Part shown: positions 35,599 to 46,258 of the stretch, piece after piece | Layout of the letters: each line of letters opens with the position of its first letter | Position numbering within the stretch: position 1 is the stretch's first letter | DNA from: a virus | Taxonomy: Duplodnaviria; Heunggongvirae; Uroviricota; Caudoviricetes | Length of the DNA stretch: 64,000 bases | Reading direction: 5' to 3' (one strand) | Virus record (IMG/VR): IMGVR_UViG_3300021431_000099 | Location: 1 to 64,000 of that record | Notes under the pieces: model-generated | The model's database searches: none | What the model saw: the letters and a program-made list of their open reading frames with translations, nothing else | Told to the model about the DNA's origin: nothing | Position numbers and translations under genes: made by a program

Positions 35599-35938
35599 AT
35601 TCCCTCACAAAATCTTCAAATTCTTGCTTACGTTCTGTAAGTGTTTTTAAAGTACAAATTGTTTCATAAGCATATTCATGCTTAATGAATATAAAATACC
35701 AATCTGGCCCGCGGAAGTCACCATCTTCAATAGTAACAATACTTATACTACTAGAAAGGGCGACTTTCCAATAATTTTTTATTAATTCTAATTCTTGTTC
35801 ATTATGAATTTTTGCTACATATTTCCCTACATGACCATTCATAAAGATTTCTTTAGTTTTTAAAGTTGCATCTACTTCTTTACTCAAACGGTCAAATTCA
35901 TAAAAATCACAAGGTACGGGATAACTAAAAATATTCAT
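35591..35938 (-). CDS. hypothetical protein (about 115 aa)
   Basis: Likely start is MNIFSYP at 35938 (ATGA overlap, RBS GGGAGAAG). Confidence 0.5.
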   Translation of the reverse strand: MNIFSYPVPCDFYEFDRLSKEVDATLKTKEIFMNGHVGKYVAKIHNEQELELIKNYWKVALSSSISIVTIEDGDFRGPDWYFIFIKHEYAYETICTLKTLTERKQEFEDFVREYD

Positions 35939-36138
35939 ATTACTTCTCCCATACACTCTTGATATGAAAAAGTTTTGCCGCAATTTTGGCATTCACATAC
36001 ATATGTAGTAATATTCTTATCAGGATTAATATTTATACCACTTTTATAAATAGGCGGATAATACACCGCAGTTGTAGTGCTATAACGCACCATATAATAA
36101 GTTGCTTTACAATATGGGCATTCAATCTTCATATCCAT
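35935..36138 (-). CDS. small zinc-ribbon protein (67 aa)
   Basis: CPYCK...CECQNCGK. Confidence 0.55.
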   Translation of the reverse strand: MDMKIECPYCKATYYMVRYSTTTAVYYPPIYKSGININPDKNITTYVCECQNCGKTFSYQECMGEVI

Positions 36139-36292
36139 TTTTAATATCCTCGTATGTTCTAATAATATAAAATGGGTGATCTTTTTCTTCTGTTATTGGA
36201 CGAGAAGCCCACCATTTCATAAACTCATTCATTGCTTTTGCAAGAATAATGGTCCCGCCAATACAACATATTAGCTTTAATAGAAATAGCAT
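36122..36292 (-). CDS. small single-TM membrane protein (about 56 aa)
   Basis: Start is the Met of MLFLLKLICCIGGTIILAK at 36292, after AAGGAAAGGAGAAAATA. Confidence 0.5.
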   Translation of the reverse strand: MLFLLKLICCIGGTIILAKAMNEFMKWWASRPITEEKDHPFYIIRTYEDIKNGYED

Positions 36293-36329
36293 ATTATTTT
36301 CTCCTTTCCTTTTTCTATATCTATTATAC

Positions 36330-36369
36330 CAAAAAATAAAAAAGAAGTCAAGAATTAATCTTGACTTCT
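36330..36369 (-). terminator. rho-independent terminator overlapping the 3' end of the gene
   Basis: Stem agaagtcaaga-attaa-tcttgacttct includes the stop codon, followed on the minus strand by uuuuuuauuuuuu. Confidence 0.6.
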
Positions 36370-36999
36370 TTCTAATTGCCACGCGGCTGGGAAATCCATG
36401 GGGGACCAAATATTATCATTAATTAAGCTAGTATAAATGTGTGTGCCTATTTTAACTTTATCTCCCTTTCTATACGTTTTAGAATAAGAATTATCCCACT
36501 CTTCAATTAAATCTTGTGGTGGTTCTATTTTTTTGAAGGAAGAAGAAAAATCGGGCGGAGTAATTTCAACAGTGTCTATTGCTTCATATATCCTATTTTT
36601 ATAAAATACTTTATCTCCAGAATTATATACTTTTTCTGGTGTCCACTCAGGTAAAAGGAAACTAATATGATATAAAGTTTCTACAGGAACTGTTTGTAAA
36701 ATATTATAAAGTATTTCCTTTCCTTTATAAAAAACGGATTCAGTAATAGAACGATTACCAACCAATTCTTGATAAAAAGTATTATTGTTAATTATTTTTT
36801 CAGGAATAGGAATGGTGGTTTCTATATAATTTTCTTTACTATTTTCTTGCGCTTCTATAACTTCTGTATACAATATATCTCCTTTACGCAAATAAAAATC
36901 ATTATTAGAATAAATTCTATATAATTTATCACTAGAGTTTGGCGCAATGATTGCTTCTTTAATTATCATTGTATCCCCTCCTTTAAGTGCAGAAACCAA
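36355..36999 (-). CDS. protein with two CBM5/12-like repeats
   Basis: W.P..VY.SGDKV......Y and C-terminal NDNIWSPMDFPAAWQL. Paralogue of 5494-5898 and 12983-13756. Confidence 0.65.
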   Translation of the reverse strand: MVSALKGGDTMIIKEAIIAPNSSDKLYRIYSNNDFYLRKGDILYTEVIEAQENSKENYIETTIPIPEKIINNNTFYQELVGNRSITESVFYKGKEILYNILQTVPVETLYHISFLLPEWTPEKVYNSGDKVFYKNRIYEAIDTVEITPPDFSSSFKKIEPPQDLIEEWDNSYSKTYRKGDKVKIGTHIYTSLINDNIWSPMDFPAAWQLERSQD

Positions 37000-38428
37000 A
37001 AATAATATAAGAGGCCGTATCAGGATTTGTATTCAAAGTACTTGAATCTGGACCTGATTGAACAACTGCTGGCCGTGAATTATTATTATTGTCAAAATCT
37101 CTTAATGCTATATTTACTCTAACTGAATCATTATCAGTATATAAATTAGTTTCTCCTAAACGATAATTAGGCGTTTGTATTATACCACTACTATTTTTAA
37201 AGTAATCATATACTAAATTCGTTTGGCTTTGTCTAAATCCAACTTCTGCCGCTGATGGAACCCATATTTTAAAATTATTTAAACTGCTTGTACTTGACGC
37301 ACTACCTGATTCAAATCCAAAACAAGATTTTTGTACTAATTTAATTCCCTTGTCACTTTTTAATCCAGTATCATCTGGTATACCATTAAAAATATTTTCT
37401 AATATTGTTTGAAAACTTTCGGAATTATTATAAGAATATGGTGAAATAGATGTTATAGAATTTTTATTAAAACGAGAAATTGTTTTTTCCATCCAAGTTA
37501 ATTGAACGGGTTGAGATGGATTTGAAGCTAAAACATCACGATTGCTAGAAGTACCATTTCCAGCATTTGCTGTATTAACTATTACCATTTGAGTTGGGCA
37601 TCCGTTAATTTCTAAAGTTTTATAATCACCAACTTGATACATTCCAGCCGCTATTCCTTTATAACAATTGTCAATAATTTGGGGCCAACTATCAGTAATT
37701 TCATTTTCTTCTGCTTTATCTAATTCATATTGTGATAATGAAAAGATTTTTTCATTATAAGTACTCCAATAAGTTGCTGCTTTATAAGCATCAACTAAGT
37801 TATCTGGTACATAAATTCTACCATTACCTGCGCCAATAGGATTAGTTTGAAAACCTACGTTACTGGCTAATGGTATTACAAAAGGATATAGAATTTTTAA
37901 ATACTTTAAAGAATAGCAATTAGCAAACCAATACCCATTAAGATGGGTATTGGTTGTTGCTATTTCATTATTGCCTAATGTTACTTCTCTTAACCAATAA
38001 TTATCAGTAAAAGAAGCATTAATATTTGAAGAAGATGGGCTACCATAATCAGCTTCATTTTGCATATTGGTAACTCCTTCAAAATTAGGTAAAGTTAATT
38101 CTTTAAGCTTAGTATTACTTAAAAATCTATAGCGTAAAGAATAAAATAAGGCATCATTACTTATTTGATTGGACTTAGGCTCTATTCTTTTTAATCCATT
38201 TAAATTAATAGATTTAATATTATCACCAAGTAAGATAAAAGGTGATTGTTCTAAATTTTCAAAATTAATTTCTTGAATTTCTGAATTATTAATATATAGC
38301 CCATTTAAATAAGTTTTATTTAATGTATTGGTATCAATATGAATTAAATCAGGCAAATTTAAAGAAATTAATTCATTATTAAAAAAACTTTTTAATTGAT
38401 TTTTACTATTAATTGAATTTGATATCAT
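36983..38428 (-). CDS. Asn-rich protein with N-terminal leucine-rich repeats (481 aa), probably structural or adhesin
   Basis: LNLPDLIHIDTNTLNKTYLNGLYINNSEIQEINFENL... 20-nt overlap with the giant gene. Confidence 0.55.
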   Translation of the reverse strand: MISNSINSKNQLKSFFNNELISLNLPDLIHIDTNTLNKTYLNGLYINNSEIQEINFENLEQSPFILLGDNIKSINLNGLKRIEPKSNQISNDALFYSLRYRFLSNTKLKELTLPNFEGVTNMQNEADYGSPSSSNINASFTDNYWLREVTLGNNEIATTNTHLNGYWFANCYSLKYLKILYPFVIPLASNVGFQTNPIGAGNGRIYVPDNLVDAYKAATYWSTYNEKIFSLSQYELDKAEENEITDSWPQIIDNCYKGIAAGMYQVGDYKTLEINGCPTQMVIVNTANAGNGTSSNRDVLASNPSQPVQLTWMEKTISRFNKNSITSISPYSYNNSESFQTILENIFNGIPDDTGLKSDKGIKLVQKSCFGFESGSASSTSSLNNFKIWVPSAAEVGFRQSQTNLVYDYFKNSSGIIQTPNYRLGETNLYTDNDSVRVNIALRDFDNNNNSRPAVVQSGPDSSTLNTNPDTASYIIFGFCT

Positions 38429-41400
38429 CTAAATTCGCCTCCTCAAGAATACTAGTAACACTTGTTTGTTCTGTGTTTCCATTAAATATAGTTTCTGTTC
38501 TGTTATTTACTTTAAAATTATTTGGTATACCATCGGTAGATGTAGTATTTATATATTTAGAATAAGCTGTAGAAGTAACAAAAATTTGATTTCTATAACT
38601 TGACCCTATAAAATTTTGGAAACAATCATTTTGACTTCTATTGTACATTTTTATTGGTTCATTAGTATCTGGCAATAATAATATACAATCTTGTGCATTA
38701 GAAAAAGAATTATTATATACATAAACAGTGCCAGAAGTTCTAAAGATAATAATGGCATTTCTTAAATAACTAAAAGCATATTCATTTAAAACAATATCGT
38801 TATTATTTCCTGATTTACCTAATATATAAATTTTTCTTTCGGTCGTATTTTGATTACAGAAGCTAAATTTACCCAAATTTTGTATATCAGGTAAATTAAT
38901 TTTTCTTAAATTAGTACTATGGAAAAATGCGCCTTCAGGTAAATTAGTAATTTCAGTTATTGTTTCATTAACAATTTTATTTAAGAAATAATTAGTAAAT
39001 ATATCATCTACATAATAATAAGTAATGTAAATATCCATATCGCCAGTAACCGCTAAAGGATTATTTTCATCTAAATATGGACGCCAATTCAAGAATCTAT
39101 ACATGCGGTTAGAATCTGCTTTATTTGCATCAGCAGAATAACCATCTATATAAATTGATTGATTTACTAAAGGATTGCAGTCATTTAGTTCATTTAATTT
39201 TAATAAATGAGTGTCATCATCTGTATGAATTACTGTCTTATTTGTAATGGTTTTTATTGGTTCAGATACAGGTTCTCCGTTAATATCTGTATTAAATACA
39301 CGTATTGTATATTTTGCATTATCTTTAGAATAAACTGCATAGAAGGTAGCAGGAGTTGTAGTATTAATAATAAAATTATTTACTGGCTCCCTAGTTTTAT
39401 CTTCAGGAGGTAGAGTTGTATAATCTGTACCATCTAATGTCCAGTAATCATGCCTATATAAGTAATAATCTCTTATAAATGTTGCTTGATTATCATAATA
39501 TTGAGAAACTACCTGCCCCAAATTATAATATTTATGTGCTTCTACTGTTGCTCCAATATTTTCTGTTAGCATAATATAATTTAGTTTTACTTGTGTAATT
39601 GGTCTAGCATGTAATTCCCAATCTTGAGTAATGTTATTAAAGTTTATATTTTCTTCCCAACCGCCAAAACCTTGTCTTGTATCATCACCATCATGCCATC
39701 CTAAAATTTCAGTATTATACCGCACTATATATTCTTCAGTGAATAATGAAGAGTATGGATTTGCGGTTGAACCCGCAACTAATTGAGTTAGAAGTAAATC
39801 ATTATTTAAGCCATAATATTTAATAGTATTATACTCATATCCATTATGATATACTTTTACTCGTCCTTCAAATTGTGAGTTAATATCTTCAATACTAAAA
39901 CCAGTTGGGAAATCACCAGTTAAATAAAGGGTGCCGCTTACATATGGTTTTTCTTCTTCACTTTCAAAGGAATGCATTGTTATAATTTTATCAAACACAT
40001 CTTTAAAATCATCAACAGTCATGCTCCAAACAAAATTATTTAAGTATAATCTACCACCAGAAACCATTTGACTAATAATTTTAGCAGAATCTATAGAATT
40101 AGTATGTGTTGTTTCATTAATAATACCAACATTATCAAGATATAAAGAATTTATATTTGAATAATCATTTGTACTATCATTACTATAGATTGGTACATTA
40201 GCATCAATATCCTCTTGATCGCGCTCGTTAGATGGTAATCTATTACCTATAATTAAATTGGTTAAATAAGGTTGATTTTCAATTCTAATGTAAGTTGTAG
40301 TGATAGGATATTGAACGGTAGATAAAATACCACCACTTGGCAAAATAACTGAATTCATAGCGGTTCCACTTAAATAAACTGTTTCCAAACTAATATAATT
40401 ACTTAAATCTAATTGTGCGCTATAAGCACTATAATTTCTCATATCAAAATGTCGTAATGTAGTGTTATTTTGACCCAATGTAAGATTTTTAAGTTTACTA
40501 TTTATAATAGTTGGACTTCCAAGTTTTAACGTCTCAAGTTTGTTTGCCATAGAAAAATCAGCTTCATTAATAGCTAAAGCCGCAATACCATTTAAGGTAT
40601 TTAATGCAGATGCTGGATAAATAATAGTTTCAATACCATCAATACCAGTTTGACTTTGTGTTGAGTCTTGTTCATTAGCTGTATATTGTAATGTTTGTGG
40701 AGTACCACGTAATGCTCTAACTGTATTAGGTGTGCCGTTGGCACCAATTTCAATGTTAATATAAGAATCAGCGTAAGTAGAAAGTGTTAAATTATAATTT
40801 CCTGGAGCAACACGCAAATAAATTCTATCACTATTTTTATCCACTTGGTATTTACTATTAAAGTATCTGAATCTATTAAATAACCACCATTTTCTATGTG
40901 ATTCTTTAGAGCCAAGCAACATATAAAGATATGCATTACCCCAATCTATATATTTATGAATCATATCTTCATTAAAAATTGCTGCTGACCAAACGCTCTG
41001 ATGCTGTTCAAATAAGTTTTCAACATATTCATAATTGATTCGGGACCCAAAACGTTGATACATATCAGCAATTTCTGAAGCATAAGCTTTTTCAAAGGCT
41101 TTCCAAAGTTTTGAACGTTGACCGTTAAAAACAACTGAAATACCATCAGGTTGTAAATCAAAACTTTCATAGTGGTAATCAAAACGAATACGACCATTAT
41201 TATCAATACCAATAGCCGTATCAAAATCATATGGAAAACTGAACCAACCAAAATAATTACCACTATTTGTGCCATCTTTAGTGAGTTGATTTATTCCATA
41301 AGATGAATCGCGATCGTCTGTTATTAAATAACGAGTTAAGAACATATTTTTCGCGCGATTATCAACCATTAAGAAAAATTCTGTAAAAACATAGAAGAAT

Positions 41401-44400
41401 AGCATAGCATCTAAATTAAAATATTTTGGGAAATCCTCTTTAAAAGCTGCGATACAATCGTCTGTAGCTTCTGAATCGTGTCCATTACTTGCGGTTGTTA
41501 ATTGTACAGTGTCACTTACCCATTTAACCACTTCTTTTAAACCGGCTGTCCATTTAGCTTGTTCTTCTGCACTTACACCAGTAATAGCTTTATTGCCGCT
41601 TAATGCAGTGGCCGTATCATCCTGATCGGGGAACCGCGCTTCAAAACCATCATACCAAGTTGCCCAATTATTATCAGTATAATTAAATAGAGTTAGTGGA
41701 GAATTACCATTATTTTTTACTTCCCAACTCTGGTCATATGCCCAAGGCTCATGTTCATCGCCTTCTAAACCAAAAACTTCATGAGTGCCTTTATCATTAT
41801 TAAAATTATATTTTCCTAGTAATGTATAGCGATTGGAACTTATATTTGGATCAGCATTATAATACCATACCACTACTGGTCGTCCTTCCACGCCTTGACG
41901 TATAGAAGCATCTTGTTCTTGTGGTGGAGTCTGATAATAATTTCTAGAATATTCATCATAAAGCATAGTTAAACGAGTGTTATTTGCGCTTTCAGATGAT
42001 GCAACATCAGCTTTAATACAAAAACTCCATGTTGGATAAGAAGTTGAACTCAATTTATATCCTTCTTTACTAATACCGGATTTTAATGTTTTAATTTCAT
42101 TATTATTTTCATCATATGTAATATCATAATCTGTATCGGCAGGCTTTTTAATATGTTTTATTCCATCTTGAGTAAAAGAAGAAAATTTTAATTTATAATT
42201 TTTACGATAATAATATTGAGAACTAGTACCTTGTACTTGAATTTCCATTTTTCCTTCGCCATAAATTTGACGTGCTTCAGAAAGCGCTGTACCAGTAGAA
42301 GAAAAAGCCCCAATATTATTAGAAGTTACTAATGGATCAACAAAATAAAAATCCACTGTATGTTTATTTTCACTACCTTTTTGTATAGGCATTACAGCAT
42401 TATTATTTAAATCACCAGCAGCGCTAATAACCATATATGGGGTTTCTGGTGAATTTAATTTAAACTGCTCAAATAATTCTGTATCATTAGTGTGAGTATA
42501 AGTATTTTTATTGTAAAGTGCAGTACGTACATCAATATTGCCTTCGTTAGAAATCCAGTTTTGGATTATATCTTTATAATCCAAGGGACGAGAATAGCAA
42601 CGAATAGAATAAATATCTGTAGTACATTTATCAGAGCCAATAATAATTTTACCATTTGTAAAATTATTAAAAGAAGTATAAGGCGTAGCGCCAGATAGAA
42701 TACCATTAATATAAATATACATCAATGCTGCTTCATTAGGATTGTCGCCTTGTTCTATATTGGCTATTGTTTTATTAACAACAAAAGCTATAGTCATTTT
42801 TTCTTCTTCTTTGTAATAGGCATTTAATACATTTGTTGCTGTTAGCACTTCAACATTTTGATCATCAGAAGAAATTGTCTCGGAAGTAGTCGCTACTTGG
42901 AAACGGCTGTTTTGCGGTGTTAATATAATGCCACGACTTATAGTTGAATTATTAATTTCACTTGCTTCACAACATGCGACACAAATTGTGTCATAATTTA
43001 GAACATCATTAGTTTTAAACTCAATTTCAAAAGTCATACCATCTGTAATATTGTCACCATTTCTAGTAAAATCAAATACAGAAAAGGGTATTTCAACACG
43101 CGCTTTATTGCGCAAACGCAAAAAATATTTATTGTCACTATCTTGTTGCCATCCATCAACATTTTTATAAAATAAAAAATTAGATAGCGTAGCTGAAACA
43201 TCAACTCTTTCAGAAGCTGTACTAGAATTAGTCCATATTTCTTTATCACTAGCTGTATTTGAATGTTGGTCTGCTGTTAGGTATAATTTTAAGCCGGTTG
43301 TTACAGGTGAAAAATTATATCTTTCATTTTTTAATAATACAAAAGGAATACTTGTTCTAGTATCATCTCTGCCACTTACTTGTATATTAAAATATAAAGT
43401 TTTACTCGTTTCATTTTCACCCAATGGTATATTTAATTGATAAGTATATCTATTATAATTAGTATCTACAATTTCATCACGATGAGCATAAGTAATTAAT
43501 TCATTTTCTTCTGCCGCGCTTGAATCAAGATTTGTGATACTAAATAAAACATGCGTAGTATTTTGATTTGGTGTACGTGCTAAATAATTTACAATTAAGT
43601 TATTATATTGTTCTATTTGAGTATTTGGTTTCAAATCAGTACTAATATATATTTGATTTAAAATACCACAAATAATACCATAGCGTAATACATTTGAAGA
43701 AATTACTTTGTTATTAATATTAATTGTAAACCAAGCTTCTAATAAGTGACTACCATTAGAAGGTGTACTGAAAGTTACTGTTTGTATTCTTTCTGAAGTT
43801 GCACTATAAGAAGAAATATTCTGTAATTCTGTTCCATCTATTGCTAAATGCAAGGTTTTGTTAATAGAAGAATTACCAATACTCATAGTAAATTGATAAA
43901 GTATAGTATTACCTGTTTGTATATTAGATGGATCAAAAGTAGAAATTAAAACAGGATTTATACATTCTATTGTATAATAGAAATTTTTAGAGGCAGTATC
44001 ATTACTAGTTACTACAACTTTAAAAACATTTGTTCCTAAATGGATATATTCAGAAACCTGTAATTCTAAATAATCTGGAGTAGTTCCAACTGGTGTAGAA
44101 TCTTTAGAAACAATTGAAGTCGTATATACTAAAACCTCATTATTATATAAACGTAAAGTACCAGTAATACCACTAGAATCTTCATTTGAAACACTATCTC
44201 TAGTAATCCATTTGTATTTAATGATATAGGAATCATCTTGTGTAACAGTGAGCGAAGTATCGGAACGGTCTACTTCAAATACTGAATAATAAGAATAAGT
44301 TGTCCCGCCTCCACCACCGCCTTTTGGCAAAATAATGTAAGTATTATTTAAATATTCATTATCTGTTATATCGGTTTCATTTTGTGCTATATTAGCTTGT

Positions 44401-45839
44401 GTATCACGTTTTAACACCAAATAATTATTTTCTCCTATTACTTCAGGAGAAGCATCAATATAGCTATTTGAAACACGTTCTGCCGCAGATGAAAAATCTT
44501 TTATTTGTTGATCTAATGTAGTATTAACTTCCTCTACTTCTTTTAATGTTGGATACATTGTTTGTAATAGTTCTGTCATAGAAAATGTATCCGAAACATT
44601 ATGATTGTCCTTAACTGTTAAATTATAAAAATCATTAGCTAATTCAGATAATGGTTCAGTAATTTTAGCAATATCATTAGCAGTTGGAGTTGTATTACCA
44701 TAAATAGCGGTACTTAATTGATTTACTAATGTTATTAATGAAGATGATTGCTCTTGTGAAGTTTCTCCATTCATACCCAATACAGCCTGTATTTGTGTTA
44801 TTAATGTCAATAAAGACTCATTTAATTGTGGATTTTCTAGTATTTCAGCCGCAGTTGGTTCTAAAGGACGACCTAAAGCGTTTTCAATCTTATCAATTAA
44901 AGAGCTGCTACCTGTAGCTTGAGCTGTTAATCCCAAATATTCATTTAAATCAGCAATTTGTTCTATAATTGTTTTATTAGAACCAGAACTACTATTACCA
45001 AAAACTGCATTATATATTTCACTTATGCGAGTATCAACACTTTTAACATTATCACTTAAATCCCAAGAAGAATTAGTAATATTATAGTATGTCGCACCTA
45101 AAGCTTTTTCTATTCTGCTATCTACTCCTTGTAAAGCTGTAATACTTGGAGCAATTGCTTGATTAACTGATGTGTTTAATGCAGTTAATTGAGAACTTAT
45201 CCATTCTTTTAAAGAATTATTACCCTCATTATTAACACCGCCAGAACCATAAATATTAGTAACAAGATTATTAACAACCGCTTGCGCCGCTGTTTGAGCA
45301 TTCGTCGTAGCATTAGCTGCAGCCTGTTGTGCGTCAATTTTAGCTTGATTAACATCATTCAATATATCATTTACCTGTCTATTAATACTACTAATTTGAC
45401 CTTCTACATAAGTATTAATATCATCTTGTAATTGCTCTAAATTAAAATCTTCTACTACAGACTGTAATGAAGCAATTGCCGCTGTAATAGTATCTCCATT
45501 ATAATTAGTATTACCAATTTTATTTGTTAATATAGTAATATTACCATTTATATTATTAACATTAGTTTGTAAGGTAGAAATACTCGCTTCTAACGTGGAA
45601 ACTCGACTGGAAATACCAGTATTATTATCTTCATCAAGACCAATATTATCTTCTATTGTTGTTATTTTAGTTAATGTTTCTTGTGCTAGTTTCTTTAAAT
45701 ATAATCTATTATCAAGTATACCATTTTCTATGCGATCTAATTCTCCTGCATAAATAATTTCTCCTTCCCGCCAATTTTTCGTTGTATAATCAAGAACTGG
45801 ATCATTTAAGTTCCATTCTACTTTTACTGCCATTTTCAT
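38409..45839 (-). CDS. giant multidomain structural protein (2476 aa): coiled-coil, Ig-like, LamG/ConA-like, CotH-kinase-like and LRR/BspA-like regions
   Basis: Single uninterrupted ORF. RBS AAGGAGGGATGAAA. CotH motifs RKNYKLKF ... FFLMVDNRAKNMFLTRYL ... FPYDFDTAIG at about 40.9-42.26 kb. LamG-like region at about 42.1-42.7 kb. Confidence 0.8.
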   Translation of the reverse strand: MKMAVKVEWNLNDPVLDYTTKNWREGEIIYAGELDRIENGILDNRLYLKKLAQETLTKITTIEDNIGLDEDNNTGISSRVSTLEASISTLQTNVNNINGNITILTNKIGNTNYNGDTITAAIASLQSVVEDFNLEQLQDDINTYVEGQISSINRQVNDILNDVNQAKIDAQQAAANATTNAQTAAQAVVNNLVTNIYGSGGVNNEGNNSLKEWISSQLTALNTSVNQAIAPSITALQGVDSRIEKALGATYYNITNSSWDLSDNVKSVDTRISEIYNAVFGNSSSGSNKTIIEQIADLNEYLGLTAQATGSSSLIDKIENALGRPLEPTAAEILENPQLNESLLTLITQIQAVLGMNGETSQEQSSSLITLVNQLSTAIYGNTTPTANDIAKITEPLSELANDFYNLTVKDNHNVSDTFSMTELLQTMYPTLKEVEEVNTTLDQQIKDFSSAAERVSNSYIDASPEVIGENNYLVLKRDTQANIAQNETDITDNEYLNNTYIILPKGGGGGGTTYSYYSVFEVDRSDTSLTVTQDDSYIIKYKWITRDSVSNEDSSGITGTLRLYNNEVLVYTTSIVSKDSTPVGTTPDYLELQVSEYIHLGTNVFKVVVTSNDTASKNFYYTIECINPVLISTFDPSNIQTGNTILYQFTMSIGNSSINKTLHLAIDGTELQNISSYSATSERIQTVTFSTPSNGSHLLEAWFTININNKVISSNVLRYGIICGILNQIYISTDLKPNTQIEQYNNLIVNYLARTPNQNTTHVLFSITNLDSSAAEENELITYAHRDEIVDTNYNRYTYQLNIPLGENETSKTLYFNIQVSGRDDTRTSIPFVLLKNERYNFSPVTTGLKLYLTADQHSNTASDKEIWTNSSTASERVDVSATLSNFLFYKNVDGWQQDSDNKYFLRLRNKARVEIPFSVFDFTRNGDNITDGMTFEIEFKTNDVLNYDTICVACCEASEINNSTISRGIILTPQNSRFQVATTSETISSDDQNVEVLTATNVLNAYYKEEEKMTIAFVVNKTIANIEQGDNPNEAALMYIYINGILSGATPYTSFNNFTNGKIIIGSDKCTTDIYSIRCYSRPLDYKDIIQNWISNEGNIDVRTALYNKNTYTHTNDTELFEQFKLNSPETPYMVISAAGDLNNNAVMPIQKGSENKHTVDFYFVDPLVTSNNIGAFSSTGTALSEARQIYGEGKMEIQVQGTSSQYYYRKNYKLKFSSFTQDGIKHIKKPADTDYDITYDENNNEIKTLKSGISKEGYKLSSTSYPTWSFCIKADVASSESANNTRLTMLYDEYSRNYYQTPPQEQDASIRQGVEGRPVVVWYYNADPNISSNRYTLLGKYNFNNDKGTHEVFGLEGDEHEPWAYDQSWEVKNNGNSPLTLFNYTDNNWATWYDGFEARFPDQDDTATALSGNKAITGVSAEEQAKWTAGLKEVVKWVSDTVQLTTASNGHDSEATDDCIAAFKEDFPKYFNLDAMLFFYVFTEFFLMVDNRAKNMFLTRYLITDDRDSSYGINQLTKDGTNSGNYFGWFSFPYDFDTAIGIDNNGRIRFDYHYESFDLQPDGISVVFNGQRSKLWKAFEKAYASEIADMYQRFGSRINYEYVENLFEQHQSVWSAAIFNEDMIHKYIDWGNAYLYMLLGSKESHRKWWLFNRFRYFNSKYQVDKNSDRIYLRVAPGNYNLTLSTYADSYINIEIGANGTPNTVRALRGTPQTLQYTANEQDSTQSQTGIDGIETIIYPASALNTLNGIAALAINEADFSMANKLETLKLGSPTIINSKLKNLTLGQNNTTLRHFDMRNYSAYSAQLDLSNYISLETVYLSGTAMNSVILPSGGILSTVQYPITTTYIRIENQPYLTNLIIGNRLPSNERDQEDIDANVPIYSNDSTNDYSNINSLYLDNVGIINETTHTNSIDSAKIISQMVSGGRLYLNNFVWSMTVDDFKDVFDKIITMHSFESEEEKPYVSGTLYLTGDFPTGFSIEDINSQFEGRVKVYHNGYEYNTIKYYGLNNDLLLTQLVAGSTANPYSSLFTEEYIVRYNTEILGWHDGDDTRQGFGGWEENINFNNITQDWELHARPITQVKLNYIMLTENIGATVEAHKYYNLGQVVSQYYDNQATFIRDYYLYRHDYWTLDGTDYTTLPPEDKTREPVNNFIINTTTPATFYAVYSKDNAKYTIRVFNTDINGEPVSEPIKTITNKTVIHTDDDTHLLKLNELNDCNPLVNQSIYIDGYSADANKADSNRMYRFLNWRPYLDENNPLAVTGDMDIYITYYYVDDIFTNYFLNKIVNETITEITNLPEGAFFHSTNLRKINLPDIQNLGKFSFCNQNTTERKIYILGKSGNNNDIVLNEYAFSYLRNAIIIFRTSGTVYVYNNSFSNAQDCILLLPDTNEPIKMYNRSQNDCFQNFIGSSYRNQIFVTSTAYSKYINTTSTDGIPNNFKVNNRTETIFNGNTEQTSVTSILEEANLDDIKFN

Positions 45840-45852
45840 CCCTCCTTTTAAG

Positions 45853-45890
45853 GAATAAAATAAAAAAGAAGAAAGCTATAACTTTCTTCT
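45853..45890 (-). terminator. rho-independent terminator
   Basis: Stem agaagaaag-ctataa-ctttcttct, followed on the minus strand by uuuuuuauuuuauu. Confidence 0.5.
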
Positions 45891-46108
45891 CACCAAGGAA
45901 TCTCTCTTGGAGTTTCAATCCAAATTCTATATATATGATTATTTAATCTATCTTTAAAAGTATCTGGATACTTTAAACATTCATTTCGCAATACAGAATA
46001 ACGTTCTGTCTCATCAACATCTTTATATTCTATAATAAGAAATAAGGTGTTTGTAGTATAATTACTATATCTCAAAAATTCATCATAATTATAGATTACT
46101 TCCGGCAT
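45890..46108 (-). CDS. hypothetical protein (about 72 aa)
   Basis: Start is MPEVIYNYDEF at 46108, after GGAGGAAAGGAGA. Confidence 0.5.
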   Translation of the reverse strand: MPEVIYNYDEFLRYSNYTTNTLFLIIEYKDVDETERYSVLRNECLKYPDTFKDRLNNHIYRIWIETPREIPW

Positions 46109-46244
46109 TCTCCTTTCCTCCCAAACTTCGCTTTTCCCGTTCAAGAGCGGCGATAAGCTTCATATTCATGGCCTCTCCACGGGCCTTCATAAGATTAATA
46201 CGGTAGTTAATCAGTGCAATTGTAGTTTCCTTACTATATAACAT
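46089..46244 (-). CDS. hypothetical small protein (about 51 aa)
   Basis: Start is MLYSKETT at 46244, after TTAAGGAGGAAAAGGATT. Confidence 0.45.
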   Translation of the reverse strand: MLYSKETTIALINYRINLMKARGEAMNMKLIAALEREKRSLGGKENAGSNL

Positions 46245-46258
46245 AATCCTTTTCCTCC

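Noticed and set aside
40961-41275. Nested ORFs inside the giant gene (40961-41275 minus, 39207-39413, 42492-42698, 44729-44917 plus)
   Set aside because: Alternative frames of a continuous 7.4-kb ORF with low-complexity hydrophobic translations. No RBS.
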